From Eledone cirrhosa (taxonomy: Eukaryota), in the NCBI GenBank assembly GCA_964016885.1, contig OZ024747.1, forward strand, positions 80,042,001-80,106,000: a DNA stretch of 64,000 nt, given 5' to 3'. Made by a program: the position numbers and the translations under genes. Every line of letters starts with the position of its first letter. Within the stretch, counting starts at the first letter, position 1. The notes beneath the pieces are model-generated. The model did no database searches. It was not told the origin of the DNA and saw only the letters and a list, made by a program, of their open reading frames with translations. Shown one piece after another: positions 9,934-22,000 of this stretch.

Positions 9934-12030
9934 TTACCGTACTTTTGGTAGAGGAGGGATGGTTTTTACATCCCTTTTCACTTGATCGTCTGGTGAAGGG
10001 ACCGTTGAATCGTCCCTTCGGCTGGTCGTCGGCTCTTCTAAGAGAATGTCTGAGTATACTCTTCGATTGATGGTTCCTCCTAGGTCCCTGAAATCACCAA
10101 CTGCGTTGGGGAATTTCGTTTTAATGTTTGTGTATTGTTTCTGTGCTATTTTTAGCAGTCTTATGTTAGTTGGCGTTTTGATTGGTGCTGGTATTATGTA
10201 GTCCTGTTGTGAAATGTCTGTGTGTTCAATTATGTAAGTCATTAGTTTCTTGTTGTGTGTATTTATTGCCGTGCATTTGTTTTTCTGGGGGTGGGGTGTG
10301 GTTCTGCTATTTTCTTGTCGTTGTTGCTGGGTGTGTGTGTTTTGTTGTTGTGTTTGCGATGTTGGTGCTTGTGGTGGTGGTGTTGAAGGTGTTGTTGGCG
10401 GTGGGGTTGTCGCCGGTGGTGATGGTGGCGCTAGTGTGGGTGGTGATGGTGTTGGTGTTGTTGCTGCTGTGGGTCTCTTTGCAGTAGACTTTACCCTTTT
10501 CTCATTTCTTTCCTCACTTTTCAAAGGCGACGATGCGCTGCTTCTGCGTTTGTGCCTTCTTACGACCTTTTGCCATCTCTCTCCCACCTCACACTCCATG
10601 TCTGATTCTGTGAGGTCGGGGAGGGGTACCAACTCCACTCTTTCACTTGTTGTTGTTGGTGATGTTTGCACTGGAGTCTCTGTTGCAGCTGCATTTGGTA
10701 TTGCTGTTGTTGTTGTTAGTATTTCCACTGCTGCTGCTGTTTTTGATTTCCGTGGAGTGGGTATGGGTGCCACGGGCCTATCGTTCCTGGTTGCCGCTTG
10801 TCCTGTTGCTGGTAGCCGTGGAGCCGGATTCGGAAGGAGGGGGGTTTTCTCCTTTCTCAGGGTCTTCTCGTTGCAGAAGGCCCTGAGGTGAGTCTTCGAT
10901 CCACAGCGAAAGCATTTCGGGCGTTTGCCCTCAACACTTATGGGCAGTTGAGTGCCGTTATCGAAGTCTATCACATCCGGGATAGCTTCGATGCACTCCT
11001 GGTTGGTTTGGATTAGCATCTCAATGGAGGAGCCGACCCAATCTTCTCTTACTTTTTTCTGTACTTGCAGTACAGTTGTTTTGTCCTCGATTCCGACGAG
11101 GACAGACGCGGCCAGCCAAGAAGGGGTCATTCCGGGGGGGACGTGGGTCAGTTTGACCCTCACAATTTTTTGCCCACAGTAGGAGGGCACCAACACCATT
11201 TCCTCGCTCCTTAGGGTCACTACTGATTGGGCCTTTGCCTCCTGGGGTGTGGCAAAAAGTACGTCTACGGTGGCATATTTTTTGCCTCGGGTGATGTGCG
11301 TTTTCCGCTGCCACACAGACCCCAAGGCTTTTTGTATTTGGGCCTCTGTGGCTCTTTCCACCCTACGGGATTTTGTACTTACTGTACGGTACGTGACCGT
11401 ACAGTGCTCTTGGGTTTCGAAAAAATTTTTCGCTGCCTTGCAGATTGCTCGGTGTCCGTTCTTTGTCACCATCTTCTTCGCTTCCTCTAATTCCTCATTT
11501 GTTATGAGGATTGTTTCCAAATTTTTCGCAATACCTGCAAATGAGATTGGTTTTTCTCTGCTGTTGTTGTTGTCGTCAGAGCTGCTGGTACTTTTGTTGT
11601 TGCTGCAGGTACTACGACTACTGCCTCCGCCGCTGTTGCTGTGGTTGTTGTTGGTGTTGCTGTTGCTAATGCTGTTGTTGTTTATGCTGCTGGTGATGCT
11701 GTTGCGGCTGCTACTGTTGTTTTCATTGTCACTGTTGCTGTTGTTATTACGGCTGCTACTGCTATTATTCCTGACGTCAGACGAATGAACTGGGTTTTCG
11801 TATTTCCCGCACACCTGTTTCGTCGCTGTCGTCGTCGTCGTGGAGAAACCTTGCACGCTTTGCACGAGACTTTTCTTTTCTTTCGTCACTTGCGAAAGAG
11901 AAGGGAGGGAGAGAGACACATTTAAAGAAGGGAGGGAGAGAGACAATCTTCTCTCTGCTGTAGTGATGATTGAGGAAGAAGAAGACGGAATGAGTGGGAG
12001 TGACGTATGAAATTTCTTTTTGGTAGCCAT
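9934..12030 (-). CDS. ORF1, copy 2 (698 aa from the ATG at 12030)
   Basis: Same protein as copy 1; the track's 12063 start is a non-ATG extension. Confidence 0.9.
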   Translation of the reverse strand: MATKKKFHTSLPLIPSSSSSIITTAERRLSLSLPSLNVSLSLPSLSQVTKEKKSLVQSVQGFSTTTTTATKQVCGKYENPVHSSDVRNNSSSSRNNNSNSDNENNSSSRNSITSSINNNSISNSNTNNNHSNSGGGSSRSTCSNNKSTSSSDDNNNSREKPISFAGIAKNLETILITNEELEEAKKMVTKNGHRAICKAAKNFFETQEHCTVTYRTVSTKSRRVERATEAQIQKALGSVWQRKTHITRGKKYATVDVLFATPQEAKAQSVVTLRSEEMVLVPSYCGQKIVRVKLTHVPPGMTPSWLAASVLVGIEDKTTVLQVQKKVREDWVGSSIEMLIQTNQECIEAIPDVIDFDNGTQLPISVEGKRPKCFRCGSKTHLRAFCNEKTLRKEKTPLLPNPAPRLPATGQAATRNDRPVAPIPTPRKSKTAAAVEILTTTTAIPNAAATETPVQTSPTTTSERVELVPLPDLTESDMECEVGERWQKVVRRHKRRSSASSPLKSEERNEKRVKSTAKRPTAATTPTPSPPTLAPPSPPATTPPPTTPSTPPPQAPTSQTQQQNTHTQQQRQENSRTTPHPQKNKCTAINTHNKKLMTYIIEHTDISQQDYIIPAPIKTPTNIRLLKIAQKQYTNIKTKFPNAVGDFRDLGGTINRRVYSDILLEEPTTSRRDDSTVPSPDDQVKRDVKTIPPLPKVR

Positions 12031-12535
12031 GTTTTTTTGTTTAAAATGAAATTTTGGGTACAAAACCCCAATAACTGGTTATTTAACCCCGAAGGGCCAA
12101 ATAACGGACAGAAAGACCCCTCTCACGAGGAGGAGGGTGTCTTTATCAACAATTTGGTTCAAGTTTTAAACAATTTACAATTGTTTTAACGGTTAAAAAT
12201 TACTATACCTTACAGAGCCGAGCCTCCGTCAACCATGGCATTCAATAATAATAATAATAATAATAATGATTTCTTTATTAACCACAAGGGTTTACATAAA
12301 GTAGACATTAAGGACAGTGCAGGACAATGCAGGACGGTACAAATGGGCATTTCTGCGTGTAAAAAAACAAAAACAGAGGATGTAACAAAAATAACAATGA
12401 AAATAACAATGAAAAATTCCCCAATAGGGGGGGGGGGGGGACTTCGGAGGGACATTTGTGGAGAAAGCCCAGTAAAAAGCCACAATGACCCTGACCACCA
12501 AGGCAAGTGCCCTCTCCCAGTTTTCCACCTTTAGT

Positions 12536-15500
12536 TTACAGATATATACTCAGAGTCGGCCCATTCACTCGGGCCATTCTTGCTTCTCTCACCCATCTTT
12601 CAACAAAATGCTGGGAAGAGAGCACTTCCTTCTCTACTCTGATTTTCCTTTTCAAATGAAATTTGAAAAAGTCAATCAGAGCATCACCGAAGAGGTAAGT
12701 GCTCGTCTTCAGCCCTTTCAAACGTGTCCACCATACTATCTCTTTCGCCATGGCCACCAGACAGATAAAAACTGCCTGCCCTTCCCGGCTAAAGGAGGAG
12801 GGCGGGGCAATCCTCACGATGGACTCAGATGATAGCTGGATCCGTCCTAAACGCGACAGCAGGTGTTCGACATAAACCCACAAGTCAGCAATTTTCGGAC
12901 ACTGGACGAGTGCGTGCAGGACGGTTTCGTCGCCCTGCGCGCATCTCGGACATGCCCGGCTGACGGCACCTCCATGCCTGTAGAGTTTATCCCGAACTGG
13001 CAAGGCTCCTCGGTAGCACTGCCAGGCCAGAGATTTCTGGAAGTTGTCCATAGGCCCCGGCCCGAAAGTTCTTCCGAAGAGATTGGCTAGTTGATTTTCG
13101 TCGACGCCTAGAGTTTCCCCAAGTACGTCGTCGCTCTTCCCCTCCACTAATCCTCTATAGAACGCCGAGGTGGAGTTTCCACCGATCACATTGCCCGATT
13201 GGTCGAGGGCTGTGAGCGCCTGAAGACATTCCAGTCTCCAGGCGCTCCCTCTCGGTCTTCGCTTGACCCAGGACTGCAGCTCCGTCAAGGAAACGAGCTG
13301 GGGAAAAACGCGTCTAGCAAACGGCGACCACACCTGATCACCGTCGAGGAAGAGGTGGAGATGTCGTAGCCTGAGCGCGTGCCTGCGCATCATCAGCCAC
13401 GGCATGCCCAGCCCTCCACGTAGCGGGTGTTGACAACAGATGGACCGCCTGACCATCGGAGCACGTCCCTTCCACAAAAAGCGAAAGAGCAAACGCTCCA
13501 GCGCAGTCAGGCGAGGCTTAGGACAAGGTACGACGGTTAGGCGGTAGCAGATGACAGACGCGATGTACGCGTTAGCCACCTCCGCTCGACCTTTCAGGGA
13601 TAGCTTCCTCTCCGCCCATTTCTGGGTGAGAGAAGCCACCCTGCTCGTCACCTCGTCCCAGTTTTTGTCCGTCTGGAGGTCCGGACCGAACCAGACCCCT
13701 AGCAATTTAACCGGTCCGTCCGTCCAGCGCCCGACGACGCTGTTGGACGGCATGGACCTGCCTCTCCAGGTGCCGAGCTGCAGGCCCACTGACTTTTCCT
13801 GGTTGATCATTGCTCCTGTCACCGCTTCGTATTCTCTTAGTGTAGTGCCGATCGCCTCGATGTGTTTGGCGTTCGACACCACTACGGTGACATCGTCCGC
13901 ATATGCTGACACGGATCTTCCGCATCCTAGTTCGCGCGGGACTCCCCTCAACGTCTCCAGTTTGTGCAGTAATGGCTCGAGAGTCAATACGTACAAGAGG
14001 GACGAGAGGGGACATCCTTGGCGGACCGAGCGCATGATGTTGAACGGTTCCGACAGGTGACCGTTCACTCTCACCACAGAGCAGATGTCGCTGTGCATGG
14101 CAGCGATCCAGCCTCTGAAGACGGGCCCAAAGCCAGCCGCCCTCAGGACTGCCGCTAGGTAACGATGGTCGACCCTATCGAAAGCTTTCGACTGATCTAA
14201 ATTGATCAAGGACCCACCCGTGCCAGGTTCCCTAGCTACCCTCTCTACGATGTATCGCATGAGGTGGAGGTTGTCGTGGATGGATCTGTCGGGAATGGCG
14301 CATGTCTGCGCCTCTCCCACCAGACCACCAACGACAAGCGCCAACCTCTTTGCTAGCACCTTGGCCAAAATCTTAAACTCTGTGTTTAGCAGAGTTATGG
14401 GCCGGAAATTGTCTATGTTATCCCCCTTGTTCGGATCCTTTCTCAGCAGTGCCACCGCTCCTCGGCTCACAGAACTGGGAATTCTCCCGTTCTGTTGCCA
14501 GTTGCAGTAGACGTCCGCCAAGAGGCCTCCGAACAAGTCTGGCATCTGTACGTAAAGTTCATAGGGCAGACCATCCAAACCAGGCGATTTACCCCTTGTG
14601 CAGCCAGTCATTGCCTCCCTTACTTCAGCGGCTGTTATCGGCTTTTCGCAACACTTCGCCTCAGTGGCCGAGAGCCGCGGCAGTCCGTCGAGGTAGACAC
14701 TAAAGTCCATCCCTCTACCCGGCCCCCCGCTGCCCCCAAACAGCTGAGCGAAGTGTCGCTGAAAAGCTTCACACATTTGCCCGGGATCGAGTAGCATGCG
14801 CCCGTCGTGGTCCACCAAAGACCGGATCGTGGCTTTGTTGCCACGACGCGCCTCCGCCACTCGGGCCCATTGAACGGCTTTCGTCCCCTCGTGTCTGAGA
14901 GTACGCACCCTAGCTCTGACAACGCAGCCTTCGTGCTTTGCATTGAAGAATTGGTCAAGGGCCAATTTCGCCGCAAGCACGTCGGTCGCAATGCCTTTGC
15001 TAAGCGCCTCGTCTAATTTTTTAACTAGTTCTCCCTCTGCTCTATTTTTCTCTATTGCTAAAGCCTTACTAAACCTAATCGATTCTATTCTAATCGCTCT
15101 TTTCAGAGCAAACCACCACTTGTTGTTGACGATGGCCCCCGTCAACGCCCGCTTAACTAGTTCGCTAATCCGGTCTCTGTAGGCCTTGCGCGCTGGTAAG
15201 GACGCGTTTAGCTTCCAGTAGCCGGGTCCTCGTCTATGAAGCCTATCTAAGTCAAGCACACAGGTCACGAATTTGTGGTCCGTGTAGCTGACTATCTTGA
15301 ATTGTGGACAGCCTATGCTAGACCTATCTATTTCCCTACAAAATACTCTATCTAGATATGATCTGGATGACCCTATGCGGTTTGTCCAAGTCCACATTGG
15401 CACATTCGGGAAATCCAATCGGTACCTGTCAGACAGTTCAAAACGCCTGAGCAGGTTGGTGAGGCTCTTGCACCCTCCACCCCTATCCGCTAATCCCACA

Positions 15501-15955
15501 CAGTCCCAGCGTGCATCTAAGATCCCGTTCCAGTCGCCCACTAACACTAAAGAGCGGGACGTTCCAAGAAAGGTCTCCAGACGCCGGAAGAAATCAGGCC
15601 GCCCTGCTCCTGTCGGGGCATAGACGGCCACTAGCCTGAAAGCTTGCCCGTCTCCGCTGGTCACGTCCAGCACCACCAGCTTACCCTCTGGGTCCAGGAA
15701 GATGGCCCGTATGGCGAGATCCAAACCTCTCCGAAAAAGCACAGCAACTCCTCCACCCGATCCAGGACGGCTGGGAGATGCGTACACATCGTAGCCGCCG
15801 AAGATCGGTGCGAAGGCCCGTGCTTCGGAGATTCTGGTCTCGCTGATGGCCACTACATCTATGTTTAGTGACCTGAGGTCGTTGAGCAGGTGACCCTGCT
15901 TCCATGACGACCCCAAGCCACGCGCATTTATGCTGCCTATTCTGAGTGAGGTCAT
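12536..15955 (-). CDS. ORF2 APE-RT, copy 3, 1139 aa
   Basis: Intact, same motifs as copy 2. Confidence 0.97.
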   Translation of the reverse strand: MTSLRIGSINARGLGSSWKQGHLLNDLRSLNIDVVAISETRISEARAFAPIFGGYDVYASPSRPGSGGGVAVLFRRGLDLAIRAIFLDPEGKLVVLDVTSGDGQAFRLVAVYAPTGAGRPDFFRRLETFLGTSRSLVLVGDWNGILDARWDCVGLADRGGGCKSLTNLLRRFELSDRYRLDFPNVPMWTWTNRIGSSRSYLDRVFCREIDRSSIGCPQFKIVSYTDHKFVTCVLDLDRLHRRGPGYWKLNASLPARKAYRDRISELVKRALTGAIVNNKWWFALKRAIRIESIRFSKALAIEKNRAEGELVKKLDEALSKGIATDVLAAKLALDQFFNAKHEGCVVRARVRTLRHEGTKAVQWARVAEARRGNKATIRSLVDHDGRMLLDPGQMCEAFQRHFAQLFGGSGGPGRGMDFSVYLDGLPRLSATEAKCCEKPITAAEVREAMTGCTRGKSPGLDGLPYELYVQMPDLFGGLLADVYCNWQQNGRIPSSVSRGAVALLRKDPNKGDNIDNFRPITLLNTEFKILAKVLAKRLALVVGGLVGEAQTCAIPDRSIHDNLHLMRYIVERVAREPGTGGSLINLDQSKAFDRVDHRYLAAVLRAAGFGPVFRGWIAAMHSDICSVVRVNGHLSEPFNIMRSVRQGCPLSSLLYVLTLEPLLHKLETLRGVPRELGCGRSVSAYADDVTVVVSNAKHIEAIGTTLREYEAVTGAMINQEKSVGLQLGTWRGRSMPSNSVVGRWTDGPVKLLGVWFGPDLQTDKNWDEVTSRVASLTQKWAERKLSLKGRAEVANAYIASVICYRLTVVPCPKPRLTALERLLFRFLWKGRAPMVRRSICCQHPLRGGLGMPWLMMRRHALRLRHLHLFLDGDQVWSPFARRVFPQLVSLTELQSWVKRRPRGSAWRLECLQALTALDQSGNVIGGNSTSAFYRGLVEGKSDDVLGETLGVDENQLANLFGRTFGPGPMDNFQKSLAWQCYRGALPVRDKLYRHGGAVSRACPRCAQGDETVLHALVQCPKIADLWVYVEHLLSRLGRIQLSSESIVRIAPPSSFSREGQAVFICLVAMAKEIVWWTRLKGLKTSTYLFGDALIDFFKFHLKRKIRVEKEVLSSQHFVERWVREARMARVNGPTLSIYL

Positions 15956-15990
15956 GTTTAAAATAGAGTGGAAAAGATGGGAAAGACCAC

Positions 15991-18087
15991 TTACCGTACT
16001 TTTGGTAGAGGAGGGATGGTTTTTACATCCCTTTTCACTTGATCGTCTGGTGAAGGGACCGTTGAATCGTCCCTTCGGCTGGTCGTCGGCTCTTCTAAGA
16101 GAATGTCTGAATATACTCTTCGATTGATGGTTCCTCCTAGGTCCCTGAAATCACCAACTGCGTTGGGGAATTTCGTTTTAATGTTTGTGTATTGTTTCTG
16201 TGCTATTTTTAGCAGTCTTATGTTAGTTGGCGTTTTGATTGGTGCTGGTATTATGTAGTCCTGTTGTGAAATGTCTGTGTGTTCAATTATGTAAGTCATT
16301 AGTTTCTTGTTGTGTGTGTTTATTGCCGTGCATTTGTTTTTCTGGGGGTGGGGTGTGGTTCTGCTATTTTCTTGTCGTTGTTGCTGGGTGTGTGTGTTTT
16401 GTTGTTGTGTTTGCGATGTTGGTGCTTGTGGTGGTGGTGTTGAAGGTGTTGTTGGCGGTGGGGTTGTCGCCGGTGGTGATGGTGGTGCTGGTGTGGGTGG
16501 TGATGGTGTTGGTGGTGTTGCTGCTGTGGGTCTCTTTGCAGTAGACTTTACCCTTTTCTCATTTCTTTCCTCCCTTTTCAAAGGCGACGATGCGCTGCTT
16601 CTGCGTTTGTGCCTTCTTGCGACCTTTTGCCATCCCTCTCCCACCTCACACTCCATGTCTGATTCTGTGAGGTCGGGGAGGGGTACCAGCTCCACTCTTT
16701 CACTTGTTGTTGTTGGTGATGTTTGCACTGGAGTCTCTGTTGCAGCTGCATTTGGTATTGCTGTTGTTGTTGTTAATATTTCCACTGCTGCTGCTGTTTT
16801 TGATTTCCGTGGCGTGGGTATGGGTGCCACGGACCTATCGTTCCTGGTTGCCGCTTGTCCTGTTGCTGGTAGCCGTGGAGCCGGATTCGGAAGGAGGGGG
16901 GTTTTCTCCTTTCTCAGGGTCTTCTCGTTGCAGAAGGCCCTGAGGTGAGTCTTCGATCCACAGCGAAAGCATTTCGGGCGTTTGCCCTCAACACTTATGG
17001 GCAGTTGAGTGCCGTTATCGAAGTCTATCACATCCGGGATAGCTTCGATGCACTCCTGGTTGGTTTGGATTAGCATCTCAATGGAGGAGCCGACCCAATC
17101 TTCTCTTACTTTTTTCTGTACTTGCAGTACAGTTGTTTTGTCCTCGATTCCGATTAGGACAGACGCGGCCAGCCAAGAAGGGGTCATTCCGGGGGGGACG
17201 TGGGTCAGTTTGACCCTCACAATTTTTTGCCCGCAGTAGGAGGGCACCAACACCATTTCCTCGCTCCTTAGGGTCACTACTGATTGGGCCTTTGCCTCCT
17301 GGGGTGTGGCAAAAAGTACGTCTACGGTGGCATATTTTTTGCCTCGGGTGATGTGAGTTTTCCGCTGCCACACAGACCCCAAGGCTTTTTGTATTTGGGC
17401 CTCTGTGGCTCTTTCCACCCTACGGGATTTTGTACTTACTGTACGGTACGTGACCGTACAGTGCTCTTGGGTTTTGAAAAATTTTTCCGCTGCCTTGCAG
17501 ATTGCTCGGTGTCCGTTCTTTGTCACCATCTTCTTCGCTTCCTCTAATTCCTCATTTGTTATGAGGATTGTTTCCAAGTTTTTCGCAATACCTGCAAATG
17601 AGATTGGTTTTTCTCTGCTGTTGTTGTTGTCGTCAGAGCTGCTGGTACTTTTGTTGTTGCTGCAGGTACTACGACTACTGCCTCCGCCGCTGTTGCTGTG
17701 GTTGTTGTTGGTGTTGCTGCTGCTAATGCTGTTGTTGTTTATGCTGCTGGTGATGCTGTTGCGGCTGCTACTGTTGTTTTCATTGTCACTGTTGCTGTTG
17801 TTATTACGGCTGCTACTGCTATTATTCCTGACGTCAGACGAATGAACTGGGTTTTCGTATTTCCCGCACACCTGTTTCGTCGCTGTCGTCGTCGTCGTGG
17901 AGAAACCTTGCACGCTTTGCACGAGACTTTTCTTTTCTTTCGTCGCTTGCGAAAGAGAAGGGAGGGAGAGAGACACATTTAAAGAAGGGAGGGAGAGAGA
18001 CAATCTTCTCTCTGCTGTAGTGATGATTGAGGAAGAAGAAGACGGAATGAGTGGGAGTGACGTATGAAATTTTTTTTTCGTAGCCAT
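15991..18087 (-). CDS. ORF1, copy 3, 698 aa
   Basis: Intact, CCHC knuckle. Confidence 0.9.
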   Translation of the reverse strand: MATKKKFHTSLPLIPSSSSSIITTAERRLSLSLPSLNVSLSLPSLSQATKEKKSLVQSVQGFSTTTTTATKQVCGKYENPVHSSDVRNNSSSSRNNNSNSDNENNSSSRNSITSSINNNSISSSNTNNNHSNSGGGSSRSTCSNNKSTSSSDDNNNSREKPISFAGIAKNLETILITNEELEEAKKMVTKNGHRAICKAAEKFFKTQEHCTVTYRTVSTKSRRVERATEAQIQKALGSVWQRKTHITRGKKYATVDVLFATPQEAKAQSVVTLRSEEMVLVPSYCGQKIVRVKLTHVPPGMTPSWLAASVLIGIEDKTTVLQVQKKVREDWVGSSIEMLIQTNQECIEAIPDVIDFDNGTQLPISVEGKRPKCFRCGSKTHLRAFCNEKTLRKEKTPLLPNPAPRLPATGQAATRNDRSVAPIPTPRKSKTAAAVEILTTTTAIPNAAATETPVQTSPTTTSERVELVPLPDLTESDMECEVGEGWQKVARRHKRRSSASSPLKREERNEKRVKSTAKRPTAATPPTPSPPTPAPPSPPATTPPPTTPSTPPPQAPTSQTQQQNTHTQQQRQENSRTTPHPQKNKCTAINTHNKKLMTYIIEHTDISQQDYIIPAPIKTPTNIRLLKIAQKQYTNIKTKFPNAVGDFRDLGGTINRRVYSDILLEEPTTSRRDDSTVPSPDDQVKRDVKTIPPLPKVR

Positions 18088-18323
18088 GTTGTTTTTTGTT
18101 TAAAATGAAATTTTGGGTACAAAACCCCAATAACTGGTTATTTAACCCCGAAGGGCCAAATAACGGACAGAAAGACCCCTCTCACGAGGAGGAGGGTGTC
18201 TTTATCAACAATTTGGTTCAAGTTTTAAACAATTTACAATTGTTTTAACGGTTAAAAATTACTATACCTTACAGAGCCGAGCCTCCGTCAACCATGGCAT
18301 TCAATAATAATAATAATAATAAT

Positions 18324-18733
18324 AGCGCAGGAGCAGGCCCTTAAAACGAAGTGGTTGAAACACCATATTTACAAGGAGGAGGCTAGCCCACTGTGCAGGA
18401 TCTGTGGAGAGAGAGAGGAGACTGTGGCTCACATTGTATCCGAGTGTAAACACCTAGCCCAGACTCACTATAAGGGCTGGAGACATGATGTGATGGGCAG
18501 GGTGATCCACTGGCACCTATGCAAAGTAAACAATTTACCACATTCTGAGAAGTGGTATGAGCATAAGCCAGAGTCGGTGATAGAAAACGATCAGGTGAAG
18601 GTGCTGTGGGATTTTAGGATACAGACGGACAAGGAACTGGAACACAATAGACCTGACCTGGTGGTTTTGGACAAGGAAAAAAATCGTGCCTGATTGTGGA
18701 TGTGGCCTGCCCATTCCACACGAGAGTGCAAAG
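18324..18733 (+). pseudogene. R4/Dong-like RLE fragment, second copy
   Basis: Identical translation and same frameshift as 5764-6173. Confidence 0.85.
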
Positions 18734-18739
18734 AACAAC

Positions 18740-18786
<47 letters not shown>

Positions 18787-19046
18787 TTTCTTTATTAACC
18801 ACAAGGGTTTACATAAAGTAGACATTAAGGACAGTGCAGGACAATGCAGGACGGTACAAATGGGCATTTCTGCGTGTAAAAAAACAAAAACAGAGGATGT
18901 AACAAAAATAACAATGAAAATAACAATGAAAAATTCCCCAATAGGGGGGAGACTTCGGAGGGACATTTGTGGAGAAAGCCCAGTAAAAAGCCACAATGAC
19001 CCTGACCACCAAGGCAAGTGCCCTCTCCCAGTTTTCCACCTTTAGT

Positions 19047-22000
19047 TTACAGATATATACTCAGAGTCGGCCCATTCACTCGGGCCATTCTTGCTTCTCT
19101 CACCCATCTTTCAACAAAATGCTGGGAAGAGAGCACTTCCTTCTCTACTCTGATTTTCCTTTTCAAATGAAATTTGAAAAAGTCAATCAGAGCATCACCG
19201 AAGAGGTAAGTGCTCGTCTTCAGCCCTTTCAAACGTGTCCACCATACTATCTCTTTCGCCATGGCCACCAGACAGATAAAAACTGCCTGCCCTTCCCGGC
19301 TAAAGGAGGAGGGCGGGGCAATCCTCACGATAGACTCAGATGATAGCTGGATCCGTCCTAAACGCGACAGCAGGTGTTCGACATAAACCCACAAGTCAGC
19401 AATTTTCGGACACTGGACGAGTGCGTGCAGGACGGTTTCGTCGCCCTGCGCGCATCTCGGACATGCCCGGCTGACGGCACCTCCATGCCTGTAGAGTTTA
19501 TCCCGAACTGGCAAGGCTCCTCGGTAGCACTGCCAGGCCAGAGATTTCTGGAAGTTGTCCATAGGCCCCGGCCCGAAAGTTCTTCCGAAGAGATTGGCTA
19601 GTTGATTTTCGTCGACGCCTAGAGTTTCCCCAAGTACGTCGTCGCTCTTCCCCTCCACTAATCCTCTATAGAACGCCGAGGTGGAGTTTCCACCGATCAC
19701 ATTGCCCGATTGGTCGAGGGCTGTGAGCGCCTGAAGACATTCCAGTCTCCAGGCGCTCCCTCTCGGTCTTCGCTTGACCCAGGACTGCAGCTCCGTCAAG
19801 GAAACGAGCTGGGGAAAAACGCGTCTAGCAAACGGCGACCACACCTGATCACCGTCGAGGAAGAGGTGGAGATGTCGTAGCCTGAGCGCGTGCCTGCGCA
19901 TCATCAGCCACGGCATGCCCAGCCCTCCACGTAGCGGGTGTTGACAACAGATGGACCGCCTAACCATCGGAGCGCGTCCCTTCCACAAAAAGCGAAAGAG
20001 CAAACGCTCCAGCACAGTCAGGCGAGGCTTAGGACAAGGTACGACGGTCAGGCGGTAGCAGATGACGGACGCGATGTACGCGTTAGCCACCTCCGCTCGA
20101 CCTTTCAGGGATAGCTTCCTCTCCGCCCATTTCTGGGTGAGAGAAGCCACCCTGCTCGTCACCTCGTCCCAGTTTTTGTCCGTCTGGAGGTCCGGACCGA
20201 ACCAGACCCCTAGCAATTTAACCGGTCCGTCCGTCCAGCGTCCGACGACGCTGTTGGACGGCATGGACCTGCCTCTCCAGGTGCCGAGCTGCAGGCCCAC
20301 TGACTTTTCCTGGTTGATCATTGCTCCTGTCACCGCTTCGTATTCTCTTAGTGTAGTGCCGATCGCCTCGATATGTTTGGCGTTCGACACCACTACGGTG
20401 ACATCGTCCGCATATGCTGACACGGATCTTCCGCATCCTAGTTCGCGCGGGACCCCCCTCAACGTCTCCAGTTTGTGCAGTAATGGCTCGAGAGTCAATA
20501 CGTACAAGAGGGACGAGAGGGGACATCCTTGGCGGACCGAGCGCATGATGTTGAACGGTTCCGACAGGTGACCGTTCACTCTCACCACAGAGCAGATGTC
20601 GCTGTGCATGGCAGCGATCCAGCCTCTGAAGACGGGCCCAAAGCCAGCCGCCCTCAGGACTGCCGCTAGGTAACGATGGTCGACCCTATCGAAAGCTTTC
20701 GACTGATCTAAATTGATCAAGGACCCACCCGTGCCAGGTTCCCTAGCTACCCTCTCTACGATGTATCGCATGAGGTGGAGGTTGTCGTGGATGGATCTGT
20801 CGGGAATGGCGCATGTCTGCGCCTCTCCCACCAGACCACCAACGACAAGCGCCAACCTCTTTGCTAGCACCTTGGCCAAAATCTTAAACTCTGTGTTTAG
20901 CAGAGTTATGGGCCGGAAATTGTCTATGTTATCCCCCTTGTTCGGATCCTTTCTCAGCAGTGCCACCGCTCCTCGGCTCACAGAACTGGGAATTCTCCCG
21001 TTCTGTTGCCAGTTGCAGTAGACGTCCGCCAAGAGGCCTCCGAACAAGTCTGGCATCTGTACGTAAAGTTCATAGGGCAGACCATCCAAACCAGGCGATT
21101 TACCCCTTGTGCAGCCAGTCATTGCCTCCCGTACTTCAGCGGCTGTTATCGGCTTTTCGCAACACTTCGCCTCAGTGGCCGAGAGCCGCGGCAGTCCGTC
21201 GAGGTAGACACTAAAGTCCATCCCTCTACCCGGCCCCCCGCTGCCCCCGAACAGCTGAGCGAAGTGTCGCTGAAAAGCTTCACACATTTGCCCGGGATCG
21301 AGTAGCATGCGCCCGTCGTGGTCCACCAAAGACCGGATCGTGGCTTTGTTGCCACGACGCGCCTCCGCCACTCGGGCCCATTGAACGGCTTTCGTCCCCT
21401 CGTGTCTGAGAGCACGCACCCTAGCTCTGACAACGCAGCCTTCGTGCTTTGCATTGAAGAATTGGTCAAGGGCCAATTTCGCCGCAAGCACGTCGGTCGC
21501 AATGCCTTTGCTAAGCGCCTCGTCTAATTTTCTAACTAGTTCTCCCTCTGCTCTATTTTTCTCTATTGCTAAAGCCTTACTAAACCTAATCGATTCTATT
21601 CTAATCGCTCTTTTCAGAGCAAACCACCACTTGTTGTTGACGATGGCCCCCGTCAACGCCCGCTTAACTAGTTCGCTAATCCGGTCTCTGTAGGCCTTGC
21701 GCGCTGGTAAGGACGCGTTTAGCTTCCAGTAGCCGGGTCCTCGTCTATGAAGCCTATCTAAGTCAAGCACACAGATCACGAATTTGTGGTCCGTGTAGCT
21801 GACTATCTTGAATTGTGGAGAGCCTATGCTAGACCTATCTATTTCCCTACAAAATACTCTATCTAGATATGATCTGGATGACCCTATGCGGTTTGTCCAA
21901 GTCCACATTGGCACATTCGGGAAATCCAATCGGTACCTGTCAGACAGTTCAAAACGCCTGAGCAGGTTGGTGAGGCTCTTGCACCCTCCACCCCTATCCG

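Larger units (their letters stand above)
6216..12243 (-). mobile_element. Full-length L1/Tx1-clade retrotransposon, copy 2
   Basis: 5'UTR, ORF1, ORF2 and a 3'UTR ending AATAAAGAAATC(ATT)n. Confidence 0.95.
12268..18302 (-). mobile_element. Full-length L1/Tx1-clade retrotransposon, copy 3
   Basis: Same termini; joined to copy 2 by (AAT)8 only. Confidence 0.95.
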
